Source of the DNA: Eledone cirrhosa
Taxonomy: Eukaryota
Direction of reading: 5' to 3'
DNA: 64,000 nt
Assembly: GCA_964016885.1 (NCBI GenBank)
Contig: OZ024762.1
Span: 22,692,001 to 22,756,000, forward strand
In this document: in pieces, positions 29,561 to 45,044 of the stretch
Layout of the letters: every line of letters begins with the position of its first letter
Position numbering within the stretch: position 1 is the first letter of the stretch
The notes under the pieces: generated by a model
The model's input: the letters and a program-made list of their open reading frames with translations, nothing else
Told to the model about the DNA's origin: nothing
Databases searched by the model: none
Made by a program: the position numbers and the translations under genes

Positions 29561-29879
29561 TTTTCTCACTCATATCTATCACTCACTCCACTGGAAGAAA
29601 TCTATTGTGCTTAGACCTGGAGAGAGAGGAGGGCTCCAAGATTAAAGTGTCCAAGACAGTCCACATGGAATCACGCGTGGGTACACAAAAGTACCCGCCT
29701 AGTACTGAGATCGAATCTTCGTCTGTATCACATTATCACTCCCCCTTATCCCCTTCCTATCATACCCCTCTCTATCTCTCACTCACATTTTTATTTCTAT
29801 CTTGGAATCCGTTACGAAAAAAAGATCAAGAAATTGCTCCGACTCCTCCCAGGGGAAAATATAATTTCCATTTCCATAC

Positions 29880-32468
<2,589 letters not shown>

Positions 32469-32866
32469 TCAAGTTATCAATAATGTAGTGATAATATATG
32501 GTTACGTTAGAGATGAACAGCGTACGTGTAGGTTTGCTCAACGAATATAAATTATATTCCGGAGAAAATGTAGAAAAGATGAATATAAAATGAAAGTGCT
32601 TTTATAAAGGAATTTGTTAGCTATTGACATATGTTTCTCTAACAGACGGAATACCTATGTATCGCTGCTTGCGTAATCATATAATGTTATGCGTAATCAT
32701 ATAATGTTAGCAAGTATTCGATAGCAAATGTATAATCAGTTGTCACTTCTACAGAGATATTGGATACATTGGAAAAAAATCAGATTAACCCACTCGATAT
32801 GGAGCCGTTAATATGCATAAGGTAAGTATATACTTTCAGACGTTCAACAATCTGGCAGGAAGGTAT

Positions 32867-32909
32867 ACGTTGCTGACGATAGCTAATAAGCTTGAAACAA
32901 GTACAGCGT
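32867..32909 (+). ncRNA. Minimal type I HHR
   Basis: ACGTTG-CTGACGA-tAGCTaataAGCTt-GAAA-CAAG-TA-CAGCGT. Confidence 0.75.
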
Positions 32910-33099
32910 TTCTTTGTCAGTGTTGAACAAACGAGCAACGATGGTTGCTAGACACTACGGCTTAATACATATATATATACCGTTTATATCATTTGTTATT
33001 GCTAAGTACATCTGACCTCTACTCTTATGTTGGTAGTGGTGTTAGTGTTAGTGTCAGCTCAAAAAGATGATAAATTGGTAAAAGGAACAAGGTGGTAGA

Positions 33100-33965
33100 G
33101 GAACTAAATAAAATAATCAAATAAAATGCCTGTGTGTTATACCCAATCTTAATGTCATAAAAATGTGTAAGTTCACTCCTCCCATTGGTCAGTTTTGAGA
33201 GCATTCCTCAGTCAGAAGTCTATAGAAATTCTTTTTGAGGTGAGGTTCCCTGTAGTGTTTGTTTTTGCTATTGTTAAGCACATCTTACCTCTACCCTTAA
33301 TTTGGTAGTGTTGTTGGTGTTTTGGTCAGCCTATGTTTTGCTGCTGCTGACATTTATAGGCATCTGTGTGTGTTTCTTCACCCAACCTGCCCCCATCTCT
33401 CGTGGTGGTGGTGGGGGTGGGGGGGGGGGGGGCGTCTGCCATGTATATGGAGAAATAGAAGGCAATAAAATGAAGAAAACAGAAAATAAATAATAAATAA
33501 TAAATAGAAAATAAATGAAAAATTAATTAATGAAAAATGAAAGATGAGAAATGAAAAATGAAAATGGAAATTGAAATATGAGAATGGAAAGTGGGAAATA
33601 GAAGTGAAGGTTCAGATAAAATAAAATGTGTGTGTGCTATAACCAATCTCAAGATCAGCAAGATGTTGAATAAAGTGGTAGGAGGAACAAAATGGTAAAA
33701 GAGAAAAACGGAATAAGATAATTAAATAAAAAGTGTGTGTGGTATAACCATTCTCAACTTAAATATAAGGCAATAAGGTGAAGAAAACAAAACAAATCAA
33801 ATGAAAAATCAAGTAAATAAAATGTGTGTGTGTTATAAAGATGTTGACTAAATTAGAAAAGCTGTGTCAGAATCAATCTCTAGGCTATCATGGTGTCTGC
33901 TCAGCCTGGGTGGGTCGCTATGGCTTGAGGGGAGTTCCCAACCTATGGTGTTGTTACTGCCCAGA
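33100..33965 (-). mobile_element. Diverged copy of the PLE 3' non-coding region seen at 505-1340
   Basis: 33181-33230 is the reverse complement of 1280-1328, and 33870-33963 the reverse complement of 508-605. Confidence 0.8.
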
Positions 33966-34276
33966 ACATTCTCCAGAACATTCCAGCCTTAAAGAATTAG
34001 CTTCTAAAGAATTTCCCTTTTCTTTAAACCATTGAACCCCACCCATCCTGCAGACACCTGTCTTACAGGCATTGTTAGTCTAGGTGATAAACTAGGATTG
34101 GTATTCCAAATTTGATTTTGTTTACAGTATTCTTTCTGCCTTTGTTAATATTATAGCTTTAAAGAATTAGCTTTTAATGAACTCCCTTTTCTTTAAATCC
34201 TTCAACCAAGGATCTCCACCCTCTCCTACCACCAGAAAGGAAGAGATATAAATACCACTACCTACTTGTACAGCCA

Positions 34277-34325
34277 GCTCCCTGATGATTTCTCACGAAT
34301 GAAACAGTTCTAGTCCTGTAGAAGC
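34277..34325 (+). ncRNA. Type I HHR (family G)
   Basis: GCTCC-CTGATGA-TTTCTCACGAAT-GAAA-CAG ttctagtc CTG-TA-GAAGC. Homologous to 46290. Confidence 0.7.
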
Positions 34326-34463
34326 TCTTCTATATTAAAACTTTTATAGTCTGCTATGTATTGAGTACCTTACTTACTGTGGTTACCACCGATTCAACCC
34401 GGAATAACATATACATATATATATATACATATATATATATAGAGACGTGTGTGTGTGGGGGCG

Positions 34464-34577
34464 GGCGCGTGGTTGAGTGATTAGAGAATCGGATTCGCAA
34501 TCGTGAGGTTGAGAGTTCGAATTACGGACCGGCTGATACGTTATGTCCTTGAGCAAGACACTTTATTTCACGTTGCT
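34464..34577 (+). mobile_element. Second tRNA-derived SINE family (CORE/Meta-like domain)
   Basis: A-box GTGGTTGAGTGA, B-box GAGTTCGAATT, then TGTCCTTGAGCAAGACACTT. Confidence 0.7.
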
Positions 34578-34953
34578 TCTTCTACCTGCAGATGCCACCG
34601 ATAGATAGTATTAGCAATTAGAAGCATTGTTTCATCGATCCGATTTGATGGAATTCGATCGACTGTCGATTCGATATATATACAGTCGAGTCCGCTTAAG
34701 AGTATATCGGATAAGAGTATAGGCCGCTTAAGAGTATAGCATAATCAATTCCCGTTTATATATTTTCTATATAATTTAGTACGAATAAGAGTATAATTAA
34801 TACGGTAAAGGAAATTGGGCTTATAATGTTTACATAACCATTTTAAAACAATTCAAAATGAAATGCGATGATGTCATTTATACAACCATTCTAAAAGCAA
34901 TTTTAAGTTTAATATATGCAAATACAAAAATAATAATTCATTATGTCATAAAA

Positions 34954-35225
34954 ATGTCTTTGAAACGCTCTGCTTTATCCATTACTCAAAACATTGCTAT
35001 TTTGGATGAATTGAAATCCGCCAAGTCACAAAATGAATTGTCTAATAAATTCAATTGCAGTCAAGCAGCCATTTCCACAATTAAAAGAAAAATGAGAAAA
35101 AATATCGAAAATTGGCTCTATCAAATATGAATTTGCATGCGAAACGTAGAAGATCAGTTGATCATCAAGGATTGGAAGATGCACTCATAAAATGGTATCA
35201 CCAAATTGCATACCAATATGTTTAA
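34954..35225 (+). pseudogene. pogo/Tigger transposase N-terminal CENP-B-type HTH fragment, frameshifted
   Basis: MSLKRSALSITQNIAILDELKSAKSQNELSNKFNCSQAAISTIKR.. then, in another frame, AKRRRSVDHQGLEDALIKWYHQ. Confidence 0.8.
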
Positions 35226-35357
35226 ATATTGCTTAATTTATCTATAATTTGCAATAATTCTTGTTGAATTTTTTGGTGTAACTTTCATTTTTTTTACTTA
35301 TAAATACATTTTAAACGATAATAAAGCAATTTTTAATCATTGAAAGACTCAAAATAA

Positions 35358-35545
35358 TAATTGTTTCTACTTTTGGCACAAGGCCAGCATTTACCCAGTA
35401 CATTACTGGTACTTTATTTTATCGAACCCGTAAGGATGAAAGCCAAAGTTAACCACGGCGGGATTTGAACTCAGACCGTAAAGGGACGTAACTATGCTGG
35501 AAAGCATGGCGTCCGACTCTCTACTGATACTGCCAATCCACCGAA
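35358..35545 (-). mobile_element. tRNA-derived SINE nested in the pogo element
   Basis: Full reverse-complement SINE between the TIRs. Confidence 0.9.
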
Positions 35546-35924
35546 TAATAATACTATGGAATATTTTTACTTAGTCCGGATAAGAGTATAGTCCGGTTAA
35601 GAGTTCCATTCCCGAGGGTATACTCTTAAGCGGACTCGACTGTATATATATGATGTCTATGTCACTGACAACGGTTATGTATCAACCTAAATGTTCTGAA
35701 GACTAGGATTTTAATTACCTGTTTAAGCATTCCCTATGCTCTAATGAATACAGACATCCCTCTGGAAGAAACTATTGTCAGCAAATAAATGTATTAAACT
35801 AAGATTTGATTGTTTTAAAAGTGTGTATCTCGGCTCTGTAATACATTTGATAATTTATCGGTAACCGGCTATTACTTAGTACTAACCTCCATATTTATAA
35901 TCGTATATTAAACATATATAAGTA

Positions 35925-36118
35925 TGGTGGATTGGCAGAATCGGTAGAGGGTCGGACGCCATGCTTTCCAGCATAGTTACGTCCCTTTACGATCTGAGTT
36001 CAAATCCCGCCGAGGTTGACTTTGCCTTTCATCCTTACGGGGTCGATAGAATAAAGTACCAGTAATGCACTGGGTAATTGCTGGCCTTGTGTCTAATGTA
36101 GAAACAATTATTATTATT
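35925..36118 (+). mobile_element. tRNA-derived SINE, full length
   Basis: A-box, B-box GAGTTCAAATCCC, core and (ATT)n tail. Confidence 0.9.
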
Positions 36119-36399
36119 ACTATATATATATATATTGGAATCGGCTATATTAGAAAGTCGAAGACACCAACCCTTACATCGTAAACCCACCCGTACATAA
36201 CACCGCCATTATCTGGACACGCTAATAAAGAAAGATTAGAACGAAATCTTAGGAAGAAAAAAAAAACTGATTTCCCATTAACCACTCCTTCCACAATAAA
36301 TCGTTTAAATCATATTAAAAGAACACACACGCAAACACACACATGCATAAACACACAAACACACAAACGTTAACAGACACAAACATAAACACATATACA

Positions 36400-36780
36400 G
36401 AAGCACACAAATTCACAAGCACACACACACACACACAGAGAAAAATTCAAAACCACACACAAACACACACTCAAAGAGACAAATTCACAAGCACACACAC
36501 ACACAGATTCACAAGCACACACACACAGAGATTCACAAGCACGCACACACAGAGATTCACAAGCACACACAGACAGAGATTCACAAGCACACACACACAG
36601 AGATTCACAAGCACGCACACACAGAGATTCACAAGCACACACACAGAGATTCACAAGCACACACACACAGAGATTCACAAGCACACACACACAGAGATTC
36701 ACAAGCACACACACACACAGAAATTCACCAGCACACACACAGAAATTCACAAGCACACACACAGAAATTCATAACGCGCA
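36400..36780. repeat. ~22-bp minisatellite ACACACAGAGATTCACAAGC
   Basis: Direct inspection. Confidence 0.85.
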
Positions 36781-37043
36781 CACACATGTACAGACAAATT
36801 CACAAGTACACAAAGTTACACACACACACACACACACACACACACGCCGATATTCATTTCAATTTAACGCCAACATTTGATCCGAAGACGTTAAGAAGGT
36901 CTTCCATTGCTGTACGGATATTTGACGATAAAAAAATATCCCTACAGAAGAAAGGACTACAACAGCGATCCGATCAGTATATATATATATATACATATAT
37001 ACGATATTAAACAAATGGAAACTATATTTATAAAACCATATTT

Positions 37044-37107
37044 ATTTCATTATACATATTTCGGCGATACCATATTAAAAATATGGCATGCCTTCTTCAG
37101 ATAAAAT
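37044..37107 (-). ncRNA. Type I HHR (family B), left arm of a 171-bp inverted repeat
   Basis: Reverse complement of 37247-37310. Confidence 0.8.
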
Positions 37108-37246
37108 ACAATATATAAGCAGTTTTATAAATAATGTTGACGTACCATAAATATTGATCAACTTTCAAGTTGGTTAACTTCTTACGTGAAAGTTGATCAA
37201 TATTTATGGTACGTCAACATTATTTATAAAACTGCTTATATATTGT

Positions 37247-37310
37247 ATTTTATCTGAAGAAGGCATGCCATATTTTTAATATGGTATCGCCGAAATATGT
37301 ATAATGAAAT
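37247..37310 (+). ncRNA. Type I HHR (family B)
   Basis: ATTTTAT-CTGAAGA-aGGCATGCCATATT..AATATGGTATCGCC-GAAA-TATGTA-TA-ATGAAAT. Confidence 0.8.
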
Positions 37311-37438
37311 AAATATGGTTTTATAAATATAGTTTCCATTTGTTTAATATCGTATATCTACTCCAAAACTTGTTGAGTGCTTTATATCAGTTATAAAATA
37401 TTTACTTGTTGTAACCCAACAATTTTAAATAAAACTTT

Positions 37439-37475
<37 letters not shown>

Positions 37476-37479
<4 letters not shown>

Positions 37480-38163
37480 GTTTCTACTTTTTGGCACAAG
37501 GCCAGCAATTACCCAGTGCGTTACTGGTACTTTATTTTATCGACCCCGTAAGGATGAAAGGCAAAGTTAACCACGGCGGGATTTGAACTCAGAATGGCAA
37601 GGGCCGTAACTCTATGCGTCAAAGCATGGCGTCCGACCCTCTACCGATACTGCCAATCCACCTCCCTCGGCGGGATTTGAACTCAGAATGGCAAGGGCCG
37701 TAACTCTATGCGTCAAAGCATGGCGTCCGACCCTCTACCGATACTGCCAATCCACCTCCCTCGGCGGGATTTGAACTCAGAATGGCAAGGGCCGTAACTC
37801 TATGCGTCAAAGCATGGCGTCCGACCCTCTACCGATACTGCCAATCCACCGCTATATAATAGTTTCTGATTAGCCACAAGGCCAAAAATGTTTGGGGAGG
37901 GAAACATCAATTAAATTGACACCAGTACATTACTGGTACTTTATTTTATCGACCCCGTAGGGATGAAAGGCAAAGTTAACCACGGCGGGATTTGAACTCA
38001 GAATGGCAAGGGCCGTAACTCTATGCGTCAAAGCATGGCGTCCGACCCTCTACCGATACTGCCAATCCACCTCCCTCGGCGGGATTTGAACTCAGAATGG
38101 CAAGGGCCGTAACTCTATGCGTCAAAGCATGGCGTCCGACCCTCTACCGATACTGCCAATCCA
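37476..38163 (-). mobile_element. Two SINEs with tandemly multiplied 94-bp tRNA heads (3 heads and 2 heads)
   Basis: GGCGGGATTTGAACTC at 37575, 37669 and 37763, and again at 37985 and 38078. Confidence 0.9.
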
Positions 38164-38210
38164 ACATATACTAATCCTACCGCTCTGTTGTAGCCCTGTC
38201 TTCAGGGCGC

Positions 38211-38393
38211 TGGATTGGCAGACTCGGTAGAGGGTCGGACGCCATGTTTGACGCATAGAGTTCCGCCCTTGCCAGTCTGAGTTCAAATCCCGCCGAGGTT
38301 AACTTTGCCTTTCATCCTTACGGGGTCGATAAAATAAAATACCAGTAATGTACTGAATAATTGCTGGCCTTGTGCCAAAAGTAGAAAGAATTA
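38211..38393 (+). mobile_element. tRNA-derived SINE
   Basis: Head, B-box and core. Confidence 0.9.
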
Positions 38394-38675
38394 TATATAG
38401 AGATATGTTATAATAATAGTAATAATTGTTTCTACTTTTGGCACAAGGCCAGCAATTATCCCAGTGTATTACTGGTACCTTGGGATAATTGCTGGCCTTA
38501 ATAATAATACAATGATGATTTGTTAAGCCTTCATAACTTTTATTGATTGGTGACGCGCGTGTCGCTATTGATCAGCTGAAGGTTCGATCTGTATCGATCT
38601 GGAATCAAGCTCATAGGGCCTCTGCTGCTATAATATATCTATCTATCTATCTATGTGTTTATTTATATATATATA

Positions 38676-38890
38676 TGCATTGTGTGGACGTGGATGTTTT
38701 CAAAAAACATCTCGAGGCCTTATCCAGGATCCTGGATGAGCCAACAGCAAGGCACAAGGGAAACCTAAGGGCAGCAGCAACGAACTCCCTCTTGCACCAG
38801 TGGCCAACCAATACAGGCTGGAGATAAACTGTGTAGCAACAAGGGCGGTGCCCACTATGGCCTCAGCCGGATGGCTGGTACAGGTAGAAG
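38676..38890 (+). mobile_element. CR1/L2-group LINE 3' end fragment
   Basis: VDVDVFKKHLEALSRILDEPTARHKGNLRAAATNSLLHQ resembles the CR1-type ORF2 C-terminus (FK..LD..L..IPDEP..AA.SNSL..Q) as I recall it. Confidence 0.65.
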
Positions 38891-39253
38891 AGTAAATATA
38901 TATTATTCTGGAGGATAATGTATTAACTTCTTGTTCCAATGAGTGGTTTGTGACTGGCTCAAACAATTCAATTGGTACCTGCTATATTGCGGCTACAACT
39001 TTAATTTGGCACTACTGGTAGAAAGGTCGGACATGCTTTCCAGCGTAGTTACGTCCCTTTACCATCTGAGTTCAAATCCCGCCGAGGTTAACTTTTATTA
39101 TTAATACTACATATATATATATATATATATAAGTTAATCCAAGTAGCGGTTTTTAGACACACCGTGTTAATCTCCACTCCATTATGTATATATATATATA
39201 TATAAATAAAATAACAGGAGGCTGGACTGGTGTAAATCCTTGAAAGGTTTATT

Positions 39254-39311
39254 ATACTATGATCATTTCAATGACCGGGTTCCATATGAATCAGGTGATA
39301 TCATCAGGTAT
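39254..39311 (-). ncRNA. Type I HHR (family H), inverted copy
   Basis: Reverse complement of 39960-40017, within arm 39201-39370. Confidence 0.75.
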
Positions 39312-39959
39312 TGGAATATAACAAAGGAATATGTAAAAAGAAAATGGGTCCGAAAAATCAGAGACAGAGAGGACGACTGACCAACTAGCTGCCTTCACCT
39401 CGGCCACCGCCCTCAAAGTGATGGCAACTCAATCTACTAATGACCATCTGGTGAGGGGGCGAAGGCTTATAATGCACTACCACCTCTCTGTCAAAGAAAA
39501 AGGGGAAGAAAGAAAGGAAGAAAGAAGAAAAGAGGAAGAAAGAAGTCAGCGTAAAGGTCACACTACAGTCATTCTAGAAAACGCCGCGAAAAATGCTACT
39601 CCAAAAAATCTATATTTAACAAAGGCATATATAATGGGTGTCTGTATGGTCTAATGTGTGAGCCGAAAATTGGAACGTTAAACTTATGTTACGAGTTATG
39701 GGATGAAATTAAATTAAAAAATATTAAATTGCAAAATGATAAATTGAAAAATAAATTATTAGAGAATTAAAAGTTAAGGTAGCGAGATTTATTTAATGAA
39801 CTTACAGAGAAAGTCTTATATGAAAAAGTTAATCCCGATAAGATATCAGGATGGGATATAGAGTAAAGATTTCGATTGTGAATCCCAGCCAGCATCTTGT
39901 TGTCTCTGTCTCTGATTTTTCGGACCCATGGTTTTTACTTATTCCTTTGTTATATTCCA

Positions 39960-40017
39960 ATACCTGATGATATCACCGGATTCATATGGAACCCGGTCAT
40001 TGAAATGATCATAGTAT
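39960..40017 (+). ncRNA. Type I HHR (family H)
   Basis: ATAC-CTGATGA-..ACCGGATTC/GAACCCGGT..-GAAA-TGATCA-TA-GTAT. Tail 40071-40206, then (TA)n. Confidence 0.8.
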
Positions 40018-40504
40018 AATAAACCTTTCAAGGATTTACACCAGTCCAGCCTCCTGTTATTTTATTTATAATTAACTCCGTATTCGCAACACCAACTACA
40101 CAAACAAAGACGGTTGAACTGCACTACGTTGAGTACTCTCCACAATATTACACCAAGATTGACCATACGGAATGACCAGTTCTATCCAGTGGTGAACCAA
40201 CAAACCTATATATATATATATATGTGTGTACACACATCTATAAGTATAATAATATATAGGTATATATAGATATATAAACGTATATAATATGTGTGGCGTA
40301 GTAGTAGTAGTAGTAGTAATAGTAGTAGTAGTAGTAATAGTAGTAGTAGTAGTAATAGTAGTAGTAGTAATAGTAGTATCTGCAGCATCGTGATTATTAT
40401 GGACGCTAGTAACAGTTTCAGGTTATTGACAGCTGACTTGGATGACCTGATGTTTCTTGAAACATAAAACACAAAATTGTAAGATGGTGGAAGAAATAAC
40501 CATA

Positions 40505-40566
<62 letters not shown>

Positions 40567-40642
40567 TCATATATATATATATATATATATAAAATAAAAT
40601 AAAATAAATAAGTCAAATGTTTAAAATTTGGCTTCGTTTATT

Positions 40643-40699
40643 ACTGCTATATATATATTTCGGTGACAGCCATCTTTGCCTGTGACCTCTTCAGGCAGT
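40643..40699 (-). ncRNA. Type I HHR (family A)
   Basis: Reverse-complement homolog of 1627-1681, within element 40590-40820. Confidence 0.8.
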
Positions 40700-40816
40700 T
40701 TGAATTAGTGTGGTAGAGACGAGTACACATGTTGTTGAGGTGTATAACTTTGCCAATACTCTGATATGCCCAGTTCCTGGTTGGGTTGTTGTTTCACTGA
40801 GGAACTGGAATCATAT

Positions 40817-40862
<46 letters not shown>

Positions 40863-40897
40863 GTGTTCTGTGTGTGCGTGTGTAGTTTGTATATATA

Positions 40898-40949
<52 letters not shown>

Positions 40950-40956
40950 TGTTATT

Positions 40957-40989
<33 letters not shown>

Positions 40990-41009
40990 ATTTATATATG
41001 TTTGTTATT

Positions 41010-41040
<31 letters not shown>

Positions 41041-41056
41041 GTTTGTTATTTATATA

Positions 41057-41090
<34 letters not shown>

Positions 41091-41094
<4 letters not shown>

Positions 41095-41277
41095 AACCAG
41101 TAAGACCCCGACGGCTGAGCTCAAGCCGTTTCGACAGCTAATTCTAGAATTAGCCGTAGAAACGGCTTGAGCTCAGCCGTCGGGGTCTTACTGGTTCCTA
41201 TTACCCACTCTACTACCCTAAGTATTGAGTACTTTGGTGCGTTATGGTCCACCTGGTTCCTTACCACATTTCCTTCG

Positions 41278-41280
<3 letters not shown>
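41091..41280 (+). mobile_element. Fold-back element family E
   Basis: Near-perfect ~110-bp palindrome centred on TTCTAGAA plus the family E tail, flanked by (TA)n. Confidence 0.8.
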
Positions 41281-41344
<64 letters not shown>

Positions 41345-41416
41345 CACATACATACAATTATAAATATATGATCACACATACACACACACACATATATATA
41401 TATATATAATCATCTG

Positions 41417-41456
<40 letters not shown>

Positions 41457-42016
41457 CATATTATTACATGAATTAATATATAATATATATTAAAATATCT
41501 GTGTATTTATGCCGTTCATGTACATTATATAATCTAGGTTTGTTGTGAAGGTGAGTGTTATAAAATATTTTAAAAACCATCACCACGTCAGATAATCTAT
41601 TATTATCCTTGTCTACACTGCGAAATTGCTCTATAGTTTTCTGTTACTGATTATAATCATCATATATTGTGCCAGCCTCTATCTCACACTCTCACCCGTA
41701 TTCAGGATAATTATCTGACTGTCCTTCTCTCTCATTATATGGATATGTATAATATATATATATATGTATATGTATGTGTATGTGTGTATGTATATATATA
41801 TATTCATAAGTGTGTGTGTGTGTAATTATATGTATATATGTATATAGACAGATACAAACGCATATATATGGATATATGTGTGCCTTTGTGTTTGAGTGCA
41901 AATATATAAATGTCTGTGTGTGTATGCGCATAAATGATATCACAAACATTAAACATTTACATACACATATGTATACAAACATATATACATACATATATAT
42001 ATATATTCATATACAT

Positions 42017-42049
<33 letters not shown>

Positions 42050-42102
42050 AATAAATATATAATAGTCCATATATATACATATACATATGTATACATATGG
42101 AC

Positions 42103-42140
<38 letters not shown>

Positions 42141-42365
42141 GTCCATATATATACATATATATATATATGTATACATATGGACTATTATATCTATATATAT
42201 ATAAATATATATATATAATACTCCATATATATATACATATATATATATATATGTATACATATGGACTATTATATCTATATATATATAAATATATATATAT
42301 AATAGTCCATATATATATACATATATATATATATATATGTATACATATGGACTATTATATATATA

Positions 42366-42400
<35 letters not shown>

Positions 42401-42646
42401 GTCCATATATATACATATATATATATGTATACATATGTATGTGTGGATTCATGAGAATCTGTAGATGTAATACGCAGCAGGAAATTATTCTTTCAACAAC
42501 TACCATAAAATTAACAAGCCATCATTTATTTTTGGACAGTTTAATACACACTTACCAATATTTTCTCTTCAAAAACCTTTTATAAATTCCATCATACTCC
42601 GCTCCTCTCCTATGTCAACCCCACTCACCCACTATATATATATATC

Positions 42647-42685
<39 letters not shown>

Positions 42686-42718
42686 CTGTGTGAGTCATGC
42701 TTGCTTTCATTATCTCTG

Positions 42719-42761
<43 letters not shown>

Positions 42762-42831
42762 GGCTCATTATCGTTTATGTCGTATGTGCTTATATATATA
42801 TACATACATACATGCGTATGAATGTATATGC

Positions 42832-42884
<53 letters not shown>

Positions 42885-43059
42885 TATACATTTATACATA
42901 TATATATATTCATATATATATATATATATTTGTATATATATTATATATATATATATATTAATATATGTATACATATATATACACCATACCCACACACACA
43001 TATATATATACACCATACACACACACACACATATATATACACCATACACACACACACAC

Positions 43060-43120
<61 letters not shown>

Positions 43121-43766
43121 TTGGTTCTCCTTCTATTGTTTTCTCAATCATGATATGCATATGTAGTGTATTCATGTGTGTATATGTCTATATGTGTGTA
43201 TATGTGTATATATATGTGTGTGTGTATGTGTGAGTGTAAGCCTTCATATTATTTGTTGCGTGTAATTAGACGTTTCTGATAGATGCTGAAGATCAGGAGT
43301 TGTTTATATGTCTGCTTTAGTTGGGATTTGCTCAAGCTCGCTTTTTCTGTCTTCCAGGTGTAGAGAGCGGATTGAGACATCGTAAACGCCGACATATTTC
43401 GACTCATACAAACACATCCATTTACATATATATGTAAAAAGCACAGAAGCCATTATCATCTAACCGGAAAAAAACACACATAAATAATAGATTGGAAATG
43501 CACGAGGCAGATTGGTTTCTATATCGACTTCACGCGTGCGTATTTCAGACACGTAAGATAATTAAGAAAGAACACATCCATCACTCGTATTGTGTTGAAC
43601 TGTGTCAGATTCTTATTTGAAGAGAAGTTAATAGCCTTGAAACATAAAGCTGAAATACATTGAGTAAAACATTTCTTTGTTCCGTTTTATCTGTTCTTTC
43701 TATATTTCTACAGAATTTTACCGTCTTTTGGAAAATTATCCGTCTTTAATTGCACACACTCATACG

Positions 43767-43806
<40 letters not shown>

Positions 43807-43947
43807 AGTTTATGTTGGTTGTATACCAACACCTCAGTATGCAGACTGGAGCACTCGACGAAGTTCGCATGTTGGTTTGGTTACTCAGGAGTAGTGTAAA
43901 ATAAAGTTAAATAAAAGTCAAATGATTAAAATTTAGCTTCGTTTATT

Positions 43948-44002
43948 ACTGCTATATATATTTCAGTGACAGCCATCTTTGGCTGTGACCTCTTCAGGCA
44001 GT
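43948..44002 (-). ncRNA. Type I HHR (family A), in tail-bearing copy 43801-44120
   Basis: Reverse complement reads ACTGC-CTGAAGA-GGTCACAGCC/GGCTGTCACT-GAAA-TATATA-TA-GCAGT. Confidence 0.85.
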
Positions 44003-44189
44003 TTGAATTAGTATGGTATAGACAAGTACATATGTTGTTTAGGTGTATAATATTGTCAATACTCTGATATGCCCAGTTCCTTGTTGGGTTGTTATTTCAA
44101 TGAGGAACTGGAGTCATATCTATATATATATAAATACATATATATATATATATGGCTGAGTATATAAATATATATATATATATAACTAG

Positions 44190-44255
<66 letters not shown>

Positions 44256-44266
44256 GTATGTATATG

Positions 44267-44298
<32 letters not shown>

Positions 44299-44448
44299 AA
44301 AATATATATATATATACTTAGCCATACGAATATATATCTATATATATATATATATTCATTAGTTAAGCAAAACAAGACCACAAATTTCACAAGGAAGACA
44401 TTATTAAAAGATTGTCAACATATTTTAGTTTGATGTAAGGAATGTAGA

Positions 44449-44489
<41 letters not shown>

Positions 44490-44727
44490 TTAATAATAAT
44501 AATGTCCGTTTACAATTGTTTCGCAACTCCATATAATATTTCTTGATCAGATGACTATATATCATTATTGATCTGGTTCAGTTGAAAATAATTAACATAT
44601 TTAAATTCACCAATCTCTCCTCTCATATGTCCATCTCTCTCTTTAAGATTGGTTACTCTTGAACTGTGTATAGATATAGATATATATAAAAAAATATATA
44701 TATATATATATATTTATATACTCAGCA

Positions 44728-44764
<37 letters not shown>

Positions 44765-44888
44765 CTCAGCCATATATATATATACACACACACGTGTATT
44801 TCTGTGTATTTATACATCATAAACATATGTTGATTTAAAACTGCACTATCAACAAGTGTTTTTTTAGCCTTCATATCATGTTCTCCTG

Positions 44889-44955
44889 TTTTATCTGATG
44901 AAAACACAAATATTATTGTTTGATGATGTTTGTTTTTGAAATGCGCATAATAAAA
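44889..44955 (+). ncRNA. Type I HHR (family F)
   Basis: Near-identical to 30362-30428. Element spans 44824-44995. Confidence 0.8.
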
Positions 44956-44987
44956 TATATTGAACTCCTTTAACCATCTTTTGATCT

Positions 44988-45044
<57 letters not shown>

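Larger units (their letters stand above)
34683..35642 (+). mobile_element. Internally deleted pogo/Tigger-type DNA transposon
   Basis: Perfect 24-bp TIRs CAGTCGAGTCCGCTTAAGAGTATA (34683-34706 and 35619-35642), TA flanks, and subterminal TAAGAGTATA repeats. Confidence 0.9.

Noticed and set aside
43358-43437. Plus-strand acceptor followed by GVESGLRHRKRRH..stop
   Set aside because: A lone acceptor with no partner exon. It could be chance.
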